Positions 16,533 to 26,696 of a DNA stretch of 64,000 nt are shown one piece after another. The notes below the pieces were generated by a model. The model ran no database searches and had not been told where the DNA came from. It saw nothing but the letters and a program-made list of their open reading frames with translations. The translations under genes and the position numbers were made by a program. Numbering within the stretch: position 1 is the first letter of the stretch; every line of letters begins with the position of its first letter. The stretch is from an uncultured Bacteroidales bacterium (GTDB lineage Bacteria > Bacteroidota > Bacteroidia > Bacteroidales > Paludibacteraceae): positions 50,642 through 114,641 of the forward strand of contig CALUOH010000010.1 in assembly GCA_944322025.1 (NCBI GenBank), in the 5' to 3' direction.

Positions 16533-19500
16533 ATGGGAGTTTCTGTATTCTACGCAAAGATGCGCGGTCTTATTGCGGTGGTTGTCATGCTGTTATGCAG
16601 TGCGGCGGCCATGGCGCAGAGTGTGTCTGTGAAGGGAGTCGTGCGAGACCAGACAGGAGAGCCGGCGATAGGCGCGACTATTCAGGTCAAGGGTACGACG
16701 CACGGTACAATCACGGACTATGACGGTAATTTCGCTATCGATGTCCCGGCGGATGCTGTTCTGGTGGTGAGCTATATGGGGTTCAAGACCCAGGAAATCA
16801 CTGTCGGGGGGCAGCGTTCGTTCAACATTACGCTGGTGGAAGATTCCGAGTTGCTGGAGGATGTGGTGGTGATAGGCTATGGTGTGGTGAAGAAGGATGA
16901 TGCCACTGGCTCGGTGACGGCTATTGAGCCGGATATGATGAACAAGGGTCTTACCACGAACGCTCAGGATATGATGCAGGGTAAGATAGCCGGTGTGAGT
17001 GTGACATCGGCGGGAGGTGACCCGGGTGCGGGGGCAGCGATACGTATTCGCGGCGGCTCGTCGCTGTCAGCATCGAATGACCCTCTGATTGTGATAGACG
17101 GACTTGCGATGGACAATAACGGCATACAGGGCGTGTCGAACCCGTTGTCTATGGTGAACCCGAATGATATTGAGACGTTTACGGTGCTGAAAGATGCGTC
17201 GGCGACGGCTATCTACGGTTCGAGGGCATCGAACGGTGTGATAATCATCACGACGAAGAAGGGGCAGAAGGGGTCGGCTCCCAAGTTCTCGTACGAGGGC
17301 AACATGTCGGCGAGTGTGCTGACCAACCGCGCCGAGGTGATGAACGCGGCGGAGTACCGCGACTGGCTGACGAACAACGGGTTTGCCTCGGTGGCCGGCG
17401 GTCTGGGGAGCTACGATACGGACTGGCAGGACGAGATATACAGGACTGCGCTGAATACGGACCATAACTTCAATGTGACCGGCGGTACGAAGAATATGCC
17501 GTACCGCGTGTCGCTCGGGTATACGCTCCAGAACGGTGTGCTGAAGAGGTCGAACATGAACAGGGTCACGGCTTCGGTGAACCTGAACCCGTCGTTCCTG
17601 GATGACCACTTGACTTTCAACGTGAACGCGAAGGGTATGTACATAGGCAACCGGTTTGCGGACAAGGGTGCGATAGGGGCGGCACTGTCGATGGACCCGA
17701 CGAGGCCGGTGATGGACGACACGCACCATGAGTTCGGCGGCTATTATCAGACTGCAGTGGATATGCCCGGAGGCATGGCGGGTGACCCGACGTGGCTGGC
17801 GACTACGAACGCCAATGTGCCGCAGAACCCTGTGGCGCTGCTGATGCTGAAAGACGACACTTCGGATGCGGGTTCGTTTGTCGGCAACATAGAGGGCGAC
17901 TACAAGATACACGGCTTCGAGGACCTGCGCCTGCATGCAAGTTTCGGCGCGGACTATTCGTTCGGCGAGCAGACGACCATCAATTCGCCATATTCCTATT
18001 CCAACAACTATTACGGCTGGGACGGCCTTGTCGCCAAGACGAAGTATAACTTGCAGTTCAACGCCTATGCCCAGTATTACAAGGATTTCAACGAGAACCA
18101 TCATTTCGACGCCATGCTGGGCTACGAGTGGCAGCACTTCTATCTTGAGACCGAGGAGTACGGCTGCGGCTATTATCCGAGTACGCACCCGACTATGGCG
18201 GGAGAGAAGGTGAACGTGAGAAATCCTCTGCCCGTGCGCTCGGAGAGTTTCCTTGTGTCGTTCTTCGGGAGATTCAACTATGTGGCGTTGAACCGTTACA
18301 TGATTACGGCTACGGTGCGCGGTGACGGCTCCTCGAAGTTCGCTCCGGGGCACAAGTGGGGTCTGTTCCCGTCTGTGGCACTGGGCTGGAAGATAAAAGA
18401 GGAGGGCTTCCTGAAAGACGTGAGCGCGGTGTCAGACTTCAAACTGCGACTGGGATGGGGTGTGACGGGTCAGCAGAACCTGCTGAACAACGACTATATA
18501 GGCCTGCTGCTCTATGAGCAGAGCCAAGACTACGCGGACGGCTCTCTCGGACAGATAGACCCTGATACGGGCGACTTCATCTGGAGCCAGACCACGCGCC
18601 CGAAAGGGTATAACTATGAGCTCTCGTGGGAGAAGACCACTACCTATAATGCGGGTATAGACTTCGGGTTCGCGAATAACCGCATCACCGGTTCTATAGA
18701 TTACTATTACCGACTGACGACCGACCTCATCTCGACAGTGGATGTGGCGATGGGCGAGAACTTCAAGAACCAATTGCCGCAGAACATAGGCTCGCTCTCC
18801 AACCAGGGCGTGGAGTTTGCCATCAATGCGGTGGCGATAAACAACAAGCGTCTGAAATGGGATTTGGGCTTCAACATCACGTATAACGACAACAAGATAG
18901 AGAAGCTGAACGCTCCGACAACGGGCGACGAGGAGTTCTACGTGTCGACGGGCAGCATCTCCTCCGGTACGGGAAATACCATACAGAGGCATCAGGAGGG
19001 ATATGCGGCAAGCACCTTCTTCGTGTACCGCACGGCGTATGACGAGAACGGTGAACTGTATATCATAGACTATAACGGCGACAACATGATTTCGGAGAAA
19101 GACCGTCAGCCGTTCCATAGCCCTATGGCCAAGGTGATGCTGGGCTTCCAGAGCAAGTGGGAGTTCTATAACTTTGACCTCGGCTTTACGTTGCGTGCCA
19201 ATTTCGGCAACTTCGTCTATAACGACGTGCGTGCAAACAAGACATACGGCGGCGCAACGCCATATCGCGAGGGGGCATACTCGAACCTCATGTGGACGGC
19301 GGCTGACATGTATGCTCAGGTGGACCAAAGCAGCAACATCACGGCGGACAATGTCTTTCTCATAGACCGCTTTGTGGAGGACGCCTCGTTCCTGCGCTGC
19401 GACAATATCACATTGGGCTATACATTCAACAAGCCGAAAATCAAGGCGCGCATATATGCTTCGGTTTCAAACCCGTTCATCATTACGGGCTATACAGGCA

Positions 19501-19616
19501 TAGACCCGGAAGTGCCGATTACGGTAGATGCCAACGGAGTGGCTACGAGCGGTATAGACCGCGATGTCTACCCGCGTTCCATGACAGTGCTCTGCGGTCT
19601 CAGCCTGCAATTTTAA
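16533..19616 (+). CDS. SusC/RagA family TonB-linked outer membrane protein
   Basis: 1027 aa. Has a signal peptide, a carboxypeptidase-regulatory-like N-domain (VKGVVRDQTGEPAIGATIQVKGTTHGTITDYDGNF), plug motifs and a terminal ...LSLQF aromatic residue. Confidence 0.9.
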   Translation: MGVSVFYAKMRGLIAVVVMLLCSAAAMAQSVSVKGVVRDQTGEPAIGATIQVKGTTHGTITDYDGNFAIDVPADAVLVVSYMGFKTQEITVGGQRSFNITLVEDSELLEDVVVIGYGVVKKDDATGSVTAIEPDMMNKGLTTNAQDMMQGKIAGVSVTSAGGDPGAGAAIRIRGGSSLSASNDPLIVIDGLAMDNNGIQGVSNPLSMVNPNDIETFTVLKDASATAIYGSRASNGVIIITTKKGQKGSAPKFSYEGNMSASVLTNRAEVMNAAEYRDWLTNNGFASVAGGLGSYDTDWQDEIYRTALNTDHNFNVTGGTKNMPYRVSLGYTLQNGVLKRSNMNRVTASVNLNPSFLDDHLTFNVNAKGMYIGNRFADKGAIGAALSMDPTRPVMDDTHHEFGGYYQTAVDMPGGMAGDPTWLATTNANVPQNPVALLMLKDDTSDAGSFVGNIEGDYKIHGFEDLRLHASFGADYSFGEQTTINSPYSYSNNYYGWDGLVAKTKYNLQFNAYAQYYKDFNENHHFDAMLGYEWQHFYLETEEYGCGYYPSTHPTMAGEKVNVRNPLPVRSESFLVSFFGRFNYVALNRYMITATVRGDGSSKFAPGHKWGLFPSVALGWKIKEEGFLKDVSAVSDFKLRLGWGVTGQQNLLNNDYIGLLLYEQSQDYADGSLGQIDPDTGDFIWSQTTRPKGYNYELSWEKTTTYNAGIDFGFANNRITGSIDYYYRLTTDLISTVDVAMGENFKNQLPQNIGSLSNQGVEFAINAVAINNKRLKWDLGFNITYNDNKIEKLNAPTTGDEEFYVSTGSISSGTGNTIQRHQEGYAASTFFVYRTAYDENGELYIIDYNGDNMISEKDRQPFHSPMAKVMLGFQSKWEFYNFDLGFTLRANFGNFVYNDVRANKTYGGATPYREGAYSNLMWTAADMYAQVDQSSNITADNVFLIDRFVEDASFLRCDNITLGYTFNKPKIKARIYASVSNPFIITGYTGIDPEVPITVDANGVATSGIDRDVYPRSMTVLCGLSLQF

Positions 19617-19639
19617 TAACCGTTTAAAGAGATGAAGTT

Positions 19640-21403
19640 ATGAAGAAGATATTGTATGGTATAACGGCCGCAGTCATGCTTTTCGCGGCTACCTCATGTG
19701 TCAATGACCTCAACGTGGAGTCGATAGACCCGAACCAGTCGTCAGAGCTGGATGTGGACGGGCTTTTCATGAAGATATACAATACACTCGGCACGACAGG
19801 CCAGAAAGGGCCGGACGGAAACGGGGACATAGCCGGTATGGACGAGGGTACATCGTCGTTCTACCGTATGCTGTTCTCGTTGAATGAGTTTCCGGCAGAC
19901 ATGGTATGGTGGGTATGGCCTGACCCGGGCGTGGACGACCTGAGGAATGTGAGATGGAATTCAAGCAACTCGCTTGTAAAGGGGCTCTATTCGCGCCTCT
20001 ATTTCGACATTACGCTGTGCAACCTTTTCCTCGAAGAGACTGAGGAGATGGCGGATGACCCGGAAATGGCGATGAAGAGGGCGGAGGTGCGTTTCATGCG
20101 TGCGTTGAACTACTATTATCTGCTCGATATGTTCGGGAACAACGTGCCGAAGGTGGTTAAGTCGGTCAGCTCGGAGCCCGTGATGCCGTTCAACGTGGAG
20201 GATAACGACCTGCTGTTTGACTTCATCGAGAGCGAACTGAACGAGGCCAAGGAAGATATGGCAGAGCCGTTCTCGATGAAGAACACTTACTATTACAGGG
20301 CGGACAAGGCTGCCGCATGGATGCTGCTGTCGCGCCTCTATCTCGGCTCGCATGTCTATCTGAAAGATGTGCCGGGCAGGAACGGAGACTTCTCGGAGTA
20401 TTATGACAAGGCTGCGGCCTATTCGGACAGCATAATCAATTCGGACTATAAGCTGGCTTCGGAATACCGCAACCTCTTTACCGGCAACAACGACGTGCGC
20501 TACCTCGCCGAGAACGATGCGGCGAACGAGATTATACTGCCGATAGCGCAGGACGGCAACCACATCCGCAGCTACGGCGGTTCGCAGTTCCTCATCGCCG
20601 CAACTGCCAAGTCCGGCCTGACACCAGACTGGGGCATCACGCAGCAGTGGGCGTCGATGCGCGTGCGTGAGCAGCTGGTAAAACTCTTCTTCCCCGAGAT
20701 GAACAACTACGCCATAGAGTTTGACGATGACAAAGGGGGCGCATATACGACTAACCCGGAGTTCATGGCCTCTGTGGATGAGCATATCCCGGTGGAGATA
20801 CGCGGAGGTGAGGATGTTATAACAAAGGCGGCGGGCGACGACAGGGCGTTGTTAGTGAATTATAACGTGTACAACGACACGGCTGTCTTTGCCTGCAATG
20901 TGGGCGTGCCTAACGTTGTGGAGCAGTTCTGCTCCGGATGGGGACTGACCAAGTTTACAGACCGTTTCGGTACGGCGGACGGGACTGAGGCGAAGCCCGA
21001 CGGGATGTCTACCGAGTGGGCTGACATGGATATACCGTTCATGAGGAAGGCGGAGGCCTATCTGAACTATGCGGAGGCCGTGCTGCGCGGCGGACAGGCA
21101 CGCGGCATGAGCGTGGACGACGCTGTGAACGAGGTGCGCGGGCGCGCGGGGGCTGAGCCGCTCAGCGGTGTGACTTTGGACGATGTGCTGGACGAGAGGG
21201 GACGCGAGTTCTTCAGCGAAGGGTGCAGGCGTTCTGACCTTATCCGTTTCGGTAAGTTCGGCGGCAGCCATAACTATTACTGGGAATGGATGGGCGGAGC
21301 GCAGCTCGGCAAGAACTTCGACGAGATGTATAACCTCTACCCGATACCCTCGACGGAGATTGTGCTGAACTCGAACCTCGAACAGAACCCGGGTTATAAT
21401 TAA
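19640..21403 (+). CDS. SusD/RagB family nutrient-binding outer membrane lipoprotein
   Basis: Has a lipoprotein signal (MLFAATSC). It lies immediately downstream of susC-like and has the typical C-terminal tail YPIPSTEI..N.NL.QNPGY. Confidence 0.9.
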   Translation: MKKILYGITAAVMLFAATSCVNDLNVESIDPNQSSELDVDGLFMKIYNTLGTTGQKGPDGNGDIAGMDEGTSSFYRMLFSLNEFPADMVWWVWPDPGVDDLRNVRWNSSNSLVKGLYSRLYFDITLCNLFLEETEEMADDPEMAMKRAEVRFMRALNYYYLLDMFGNNVPKVVKSVSSEPVMPFNVEDNDLLFDFIESELNEAKEDMAEPFSMKNTYYYRADKAAAWMLLSRLYLGSHVYLKDVPGRNGDFSEYYDKAAAYSDSIINSDYKLASEYRNLFTGNNDVRYLAENDAANEIILPIAQDGNHIRSYGGSQFLIAATAKSGLTPDWGITQQWASMRVREQLVKLFFPEMNNYAIEFDDDKGGAYTTNPEFMASVDEHIPVEIRGGEDVITKAAGDDRALLVNYNVYNDTAVFACNVGVPNVVEQFCSGWGLTKFTDRFGTADGTEAKPDGMSTEWADMDIPFMRKAEAYLNYAEAVLRGGQARGMSVDDAVNEVRGRAGAEPLSGVTLDDVLDERGREFFSEGCRRSDLIRFGKFGGSHNYYWEWMGGAQLGKNFDEMYNLYPIPSTEIVLNSNLEQNPGYN

Positions 21404-21445
21404 TCCGCAGGCCGATAATATGTTAAACTGAAAAAACAATCTGCT

Positions 21446-22393
21446 ATGAAGATAATGAAATTCATGATGGGCGCAATGGCAGCCGCGGCAGTGATGTTCG
21501 CGTGCAGCGACCCATATTTCGGAACGATAGAGAATGAGGGCGGCAATACAGGGCAGCCTGTGGTAGAGCCTGTCGCCGGCAAGGTTGTGGTGGTGCTCAA
21601 CGCGGTTGACAATGCTACCGTCTGCGGTCAGGGGCTCGTGTTTGCCGGAGACTATAATAACTATAATCTTGACCCTGCGCAGATGGCCCGATTCGAAGCG
21701 ATAGAGGGGTACAACGGATGGTACAAGGCGGAGATAACGCCGTCGGACGCTCCGTCAGACCCGGCGTACATCATCAAGGGCAAGCCCTGTTCGCTTGCTG
21801 CCGACGGCACATTTCCCGGCAGCTGGGATCATCAGTGGTTTCCTATGCTGAATGACGCAGGCTCGGTGGAGAAGCCCATCGAGATGCTCAGCGGCAATGC
21901 GGAGCTGAAAGAGGGCTATTCCAACGAGTTTGACCTCTGCATCAAGGAGGGGGCTGATGTGGTGTATGTCCGTACGCACGCGTGGAAGGTCAACCCGTGT
22001 GTGACGGAGGATGTCTATCCGATAGTGTTCAAGGTGCGTCTGCCCAATGGGGCACTGCCGGACTCTTGCACAACAATAGTGGCCGCAGGCATCAAAGGCC
22101 AGTGGGGCGACAACGGCAAGATGACAGACGGCATGGTGAAGTTATCTCCTAACGATGACCGCACACAGTGGACTTCTGACACCATAGAGGGCATAGCCTA
22201 TAAGGCGGAGTACAAGTACGCTGCTGTCGGCGGGAGCGGCACTATGTACTGGGAACTTGCGGAAAAGGCAGAGGGCGCAAGTTGCGCCGAAGCTGTCGGA
22301 AACCGTAAGGTGATGGGGCGCGTGCAGAACGATGTGGTTTACGAGTGGAGAGACATCACTATTAAGCAGTGTGAGCACGAAGAGGGACAATAA
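21446..22393 (+). CDS. PUL-encoded surface lipoprotein (possible SusE/F-like glycan-binding protein)
   Basis: Has a lipobox (VMFACSD) and sits third after susC/susD. It is rich in aromatic and Gly residues, as in beta-sandwich binding modules. No catalytic motif was recognised. Confidence 0.5.
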   Translation: MKIMKFMMGAMAAAAVMFACSDPYFGTIENEGGNTGQPVVEPVAGKVVVVLNAVDNATVCGQGLVFAGDYNNYNLDPAQMARFEAIEGYNGWYKAEITPSDAPSDPAYIIKGKPCSLAADGTFPGSWDHQWFPMLNDAGSVEKPIEMLSGNAELKEGYSNEFDLCIKEGADVVYVRTHAWKVNPCVTEDVYPIVFKVRLPNGALPDSCTTIVAAGIKGQWGDNGKMTDGMVKLSPNDDRTQWTSDTIEGIAYKAEYKYAAVGGSGTMYWELAEKAEGASCAEAVGNRKVMGRVQNDVVYEWRDITIKQCEHEEGQ

Positions 22394-22415
22394 CAGCTTT
22401 ATGTAATTGAAGTAG

Positions 22416-22450
22416 AGCCGCCCGCCCATATATAGGCGGGCGGCTTTTTC
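22416..22450 (+). terminator. Rho-independent terminator after the PUL
   Basis: AGCCGCCCGCC and GGCGGGCGGCT form the stem with loop CATATATA, followed by TTTTTCTTTT. Confidence 0.8.
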
Positions 22451-22491
22451 TTTTGCAGTCGGCACTGCGGATTGAACGTAAACCGGGGCTT

Positions 22492-23619
22492 ATGGCTGGA
22501 ATATATATACACATACCGTTCTGTGCGCAGCGGTGCATTTACTGCGACTTCCTGTCGGGGACAAACGTAGGGCTGACGGGGCGGTACATCGATGCCTTGG
22601 GGCGCGAGGCGGAGCAGAGGCGTGACTACCTCGGCGGCGAGACTGTGCGGACAGTCTATTTCGGCGGCGGCACGCCTTCACTGCTGTCGCACAGCGACTT
22701 GGCACGCATCGTGGAGACGCTCTCCGCGCATTGGGACTTGTCTGCGGTGGAGGAGTGGACTGTGGAGTGCAACGCCGAGGACATGACCCGCGAGTATGCG
22801 GAGATGCTGCGCTCGCTGCCCTTCAACCGCGTGAGCATCGGCATACAGAGTTTTGACGAGGGAGAGTTGAAGTGGCTCAACCGCCGCCACACGGCAGAGC
22901 GTGGGGCGGAGGCTGTGCGGTGTGCGCAGGACGCGGGCTTTGACAATGTGAGCGTTGACCTCATGTACGCGCTGCCGGTGCAGACACCGGACAGCTGGCG
23001 GCGGACGCTCGACGTGGCGTTGTCGCTTGGTGTGCAGCACATCTCCGCCTATTCTCTGATGTTTGAGGAGGGCTCTAAGATAGCGCGGCTGATGGAGGCC
23101 GGGCGCATCGCACCGCTCGACGACGACACGGCGGCCGACATGTTCGCCGCGCTGTGCGGCACTCTCTCCGGCGCGGGATACGTTCAGTACGAGATATCAA
23201 ATTTCGCTCTGCCCGGTCGCGAGTCGCGCCACAACAGCTCCTATTGGGACTACACTCCGTATATCGGCCTCGGCGCGGGGGCGCACTCGTTCGACGGGTG
23301 CAGGCGGAGCCACAATGTGGCGCACACGCTGCGTTACTGCCGTGCCGTGGAGGGCGGGCTGCCATTCTCCGAGGAGGAGACGCTGACCCCCGATGAGCAG
23401 TATAACGAGTTTCTCTTCACCGCACTGCGCACGCGGCGCGGGCTGCGTCTGGCGGATGTCGGGGAGCGGTTCGGCGCGGAGGCGCGGGCGTATGCCGAGG
23501 CGCGGGCTGTTCGTTTCGTCCGTGGCGGTCAGCTGGAGCGCGAGGGCGATGTGTTGAGGCTGACGCGCGGGGGGGTGTATGTGTCGGACATGGTGATGAG
23601 CGATTTCATGCGCGTGTGA
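22492..23619 (+). CDS. hemW: Radical SAM heme chaperone HemW (HemN-like, oxygen-independent coproporphyrinogen oxidase family)
   Basis: ATG at 22492 (MAGIYIHIPFCAQRCIYCDF) gives the CxxxCxxC radical SAM cluster at the N-terminus, and the length is typical of HemW. Confidence 0.85.
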   Translation: MAGIYIHIPFCAQRCIYCDFLSGTNVGLTGRYIDALGREAEQRRDYLGGETVRTVYFGGGTPSLLSHSDLARIVETLSAHWDLSAVEEWTVECNAEDMTREYAEMLRSLPFNRVSIGIQSFDEGELKWLNRRHTAERGAEAVRCAQDAGFDNVSVDLMYALPVQTPDSWRRTLDVALSLGVQHISAYSLMFEEGSKIARLMEAGRIAPLDDDTAADMFAALCGTLSGAGYVQYEISNFALPGRESRHNSSYWDYTPYIGLGAGAHSFDGCRRSHNVAHTLRYCRAVEGGLPFSEEETLTPDEQYNEFLFTALRTRRGLRLADVGERFGAEARAYAEARAVRFVRGGQLEREGDVLRLTRGGVYVSDMVMSDFMRV

Positions 23620-23714
23620 TGTTACTCTGCCTTACCGGACATGGTAGGGAAACACAGGAGGTGCGGCTCTATATAGGGTCGCACCTTCCTGTTTGTATAT
23701 CTATGGATACACGT

Positions 23715-24394
23715 TCAGTATAAGAAATACTGTGAGTCGTGCGGCTCTTTGACTTTGACTTTCAGGACAGAGCTGAAGTCAGCACCGGGTTCTGTACCGA
23801 GGTAATGGACGGGACATGGGCGCACTGTTGTGACAGTAGTGCCGTCGTTCGGGTCGGTGTATGAGTACTCTATGAGTTTGAGCTGGCCTGAGCGGTCACT
23901 GACAAGACAGACGGGGTAACTGACGCTGCGGTCGATTTTCCCTGCCGCGCCGGGATAGAGATGCTCGATAATCTGAGCGAGGCGATGGCCGTTATATTCG
24001 CCGTCCTCGCCGATGCAGCTGAAGCGCGGTGTATTGTCGCGGATGTAGTAGCGCGTATGGCCGAGGCCGTTGCGCTTGAAGAACGTCCCGACATCGGAGA
24101 GCGCGGCGCAGTCTTTCTGCACGAAGAAAAGCTTTACTGACGCTTTGTCTTTCAGTGAGTCACAGTACGGGATGACCACGTCAGGTATGTATTGCGCAGT
24201 GGCGTTGCAGATGTCGTAGATGACGGTAATCACGTAGTCCGCGTTGCTGTTATTTATACTCTCTTTCAATCCGTCGACCGTTATCGGGGTCAACTCCGTG
24301 TGCTTTAGTGCGTTGTCGTATGCGGATTTGTCTCGTAGCATACTTTGCATGATGTCAGTGCCAGCAGCAGTGCTGGTAAAATCAGATGTTTCAT
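23715..24394 (-). pseudogene. Lipoprotein gene with its signal peptide in a different frame from the body (frameshift or assembly indel)
   Basis: ATG at 24394 encodes MKHLILPALLLALTSC (a perfect lipobox) and stops at 24305-24307 after 29 codons. The 211-aa body ORF (24350..23715) starts inside the Cys codon region in another frame. Confidence 0.5.
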
Positions 24395-24406
24395 AGTTGT
24401 ATGATT

Positions 24407-24583
24407 TTATATGTTACTAATTTCCAGATATGCCATAGAACAGTTATTAATATCAATATCCATGTGGTATATGCCAGGTTCAATTATCAGAGGTTCTTCG
24501 TAAGTCCACCCGATATGCGATAATATGTCTTTTTCGCTTATTACTATCTGTCTGTCCAATATTAAATAGCTTCCATATTCCAC
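24407..24583 (-). CDS. Possible small ORF (58 codons from GTG), in frame with the upstream lipoprotein gene across its TAA
   Basis: The frame continues for 67 codons directly after the TAA at 24611-24613 (IGYLLLERFVEYGSYLILDRQIVISEKDILSHIGWTYEEPLIIEPGIYHMDIDINNCSMAYLEISNI). The composition looks like a protein. Confidence 0.25.
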   Translation of the reverse strand: MEYGSYLILDRQIVISEKDILSHIGWTYEEPLIIEPGIYHMDIDINNCSMAYLEISNI

Positions 24584-24610
24584 AAAACGTTCGAGCAGTA
24601 GGTATCCTAT

Positions 24611-25342
24611 TTATGTCTGATGTTCTCTACAGAACTCGAGGATTAACTCTGCGCCATTCATTTCGCGTATGATAGCAACAGGCATATCAGATGGAGTAAT
24701 ATCGTCAGGTGAGTCATATCCAAACCACCAGTCGCTTATGGGAAAATTATCTAATTTAGGAGTTACTGTACCATCTGTGGATAAAGGGAAATAGACCAAC
24801 GCCAGCATATCATCCTCCTTATATTCTATCGGGACATCAATTCTATAGTAATCTGATTCATCTATTATAGGATATGTGCCTGCAGGAATCACTGCGCTGC
24901 CATTGAGTGCGAGGCTATTTATGGCAAATTCGTCATAAATTTTGATTTCATTAGGAATTTCGAAAGCCTCTTGCCCGAACATTTCTATATTAGTATGGTA
25001 TTCGATGCCAGTGAGTTCAGAGTATTTTGGTATGACGATAGAGACAGTATTATCGTCAATACCCTCGACATACCCGCAGGCTACGACCGTATTTGGATCT
25101 ATCCCCATATATTGTTCTACATCAGATGTATTATCAGCAGGAAACCATCGACAGCATAAACGTTTTTTTGAATAGTCGCATGATTGTCGTGGCCATCTCC
25201 CGTGCTTATAGCCCTCTTCGAATGTCACTATTGTAAGAGTGAATTCGGCACTTTTTGTCTTAGGAATTTCCTTGCTTTCTGTATCGTTCCCGATTTTGTC
25301 TGTACATGCCGCCATAATTAATGTGGTCATTGCAATAAGCAA
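24611..25342 (-). CDS. Hypothetical lipoprotein (low-GC islet)
   Basis: Has a lipobox (LIMAACTD). Only a TTG start is available. The upstream in-frame codons read I-K-T-F-N-V-L-L, like a signal peptide whose ATG is now ATA. Confidence 0.5.
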   Translation of the reverse strand: MLIAMTTLIMAACTDKIGNDTESKEIPKTKSAEFTLTIVTFEEGYKHGRWPRQSCDYSKKRLCCRWFPADNTSDVEQYMGIDPNTVVACGYVEGIDDNTVSIVIPKYSELTGIEYHTNIEMFGQEAFEIPNEIKIYDEFAINSLALNGSAVIPAGTYPIIDESDYYRIDVPIEYKEDDMLALVYFPLSTDGTVTPKLDNFPISDWWFGYDSPDDITPSDMPVAIIREMNGAELILEFCREHQT

Positions 25343-25725
25343 TACATTAAAAGTTTTTATAATCGTAGTATTTAATTAGTTGTGTTTAAATATACTTTTA
25401 AAGTGTGAATGCAATGCATCGCTTATGTCTTTCTTTCCTGCAACTCCGTGAAACTTACATGATATGAATAACGTGCTATTGCCTGCCCCAAATTGGCTTT
25501 ATAATGTTGTCTAAGATGTTTTACAGAACCGTTTGCAAGTTATGAAATAAATGTTGTGTGTGCAATAGTTTGGCTGCAAGATGTTGTTTGTTTATATATA
25601 ATTAACAAAATAGTTTATCTGAGAGATATGAATGTTTATTATAAAAAGTAGTTAAAAAGATGTATTCTTGACGGAGCGGCACCGAAGCCCCTACGGAGCT
25701 GCAAGGCAGGGTGAGGATAGGGGGA

Positions 25726-25773
25726 GGCTGGCTTACGGCTGGCTCGAGAGTACGTCTTTTTAACCTTGATTAA
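25726..25773 (+). repeat. Dispersed intergenic repeat, copy 4
   Basis: GGCTGGCTTACGGCTGGCTC followed by GAGAGTACGTCTTTTTAACCTTGATTAAG. Confidence 0.85.
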
Positions 25774-26003
25774 GACTAAGAGCCGAGTGCCGGGTATGCG
25801 CTGGCTGTGTGTTGGCCGAGAACTGGCAGTGTGCGGGGTATGAGCTGGGCATGAGCGGGCTGGGAGCGTGCAGTGTGCGGGGTGGGGCAGAGAGGGTGTA
25901 GAGGAGGGGAGGCAGGAGGGGGCGGGCGTGCCTCACGTGCCTGTACGGTGAAGCTGCGGAGAACGGATGAGGGCAGGGTGTTGCACATTAGAGAAAAAAA
26001 ACG

Positions 26004-26011
26004 TAACTTTG
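26004..26011 (+). promoter_or_regulatory. -7 promoter box (TAACTTTG) for rplY-pth
   Basis: Matches TAnnTTTG, 95 nt upstream of the ATG at 26106. Confidence 0.5.
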
Positions 26012-26105
26012 CAACCGCTTTTTCACGGGCATCCGTGTGATGGGAAATTTCACCATTGGAGGAAAGCTGAAATTTTGAGTAACACAATTAAAAAACAAAA
26101 GGACA

Positions 26106-26684
26106 ATGAAGACATTTGAACTGAAAGGTACTCTGCGTACCGACCTCGGAAAAAAGGCATCGAAGGCTATGCGCCGTGCCGGCTCCGTGCCCTGCGAACT
26201 TTACGGCAATGGAGAGAACATACATTTCTCCTGTACACAGGACGCTCTGCGCAAGCTCATCTACACACCTGAGATTTATCTCGTCAACCTCAATATAGAA
26301 GGGCGCGAGGAGAAGGCCATCATTAAGGAACTACAGTTCCATCCGGTGTCGGACAAGGTGATACACATAGATTTCCTTGCGGTTACGGAGGACAAGCCTA
26401 TCGTCATGGATGTGCCGGTACGTCTTGAGGGTCTTGCGGTCGGCGTGCGTGCCGGCGGTAAGCTGAGCCTCGAAATGAGAAAACTCCGCGTGAAGGGACT
26501 TTACAACAATGTGCCTGAGGTGCTGACCATCAATGTGGAGAACCTCGATCTCGGCAAGACCATTCAGGTCAAGGCATTGCAGTTTGACAACCTCGAACTG
26601 CTCAACGCTCCGAACAGCGTTGTCTGTGCAGTGAAGCTGACCCGCGCAGCGCGTGGCGCAGCAGCCGCAGCGGCAGCCAAATAA
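26106..26684 (+). CDS. rplY: 50S ribosomal protein L25/general stress protein Ctc
   Basis: The N-terminus MKTFELKGTLRTDLGKKASKAMRRAGSVPCELYG is the classic L25/Ctc start. The Ala-rich tail is also typical. Confidence 0.9.
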   Translation: MKTFELKGTLRTDLGKKASKAMRRAGSVPCELYGNGENIHFSCTQDALRKLIYTPEIYLVNLNIEGREEKAIIKELQFHPVSDKVIHIDFLAVTEDKPIVMDVPVRLEGLAVGVRAGGKLSLEMRKLRVKGLYNNVPEVLTINVENLDLGKTIQVKALQFDNLELLNAPNSVVCAVKLTRAARGAAAAAAAK

Positions 26685-26696
26685 GGATTCTTACGT

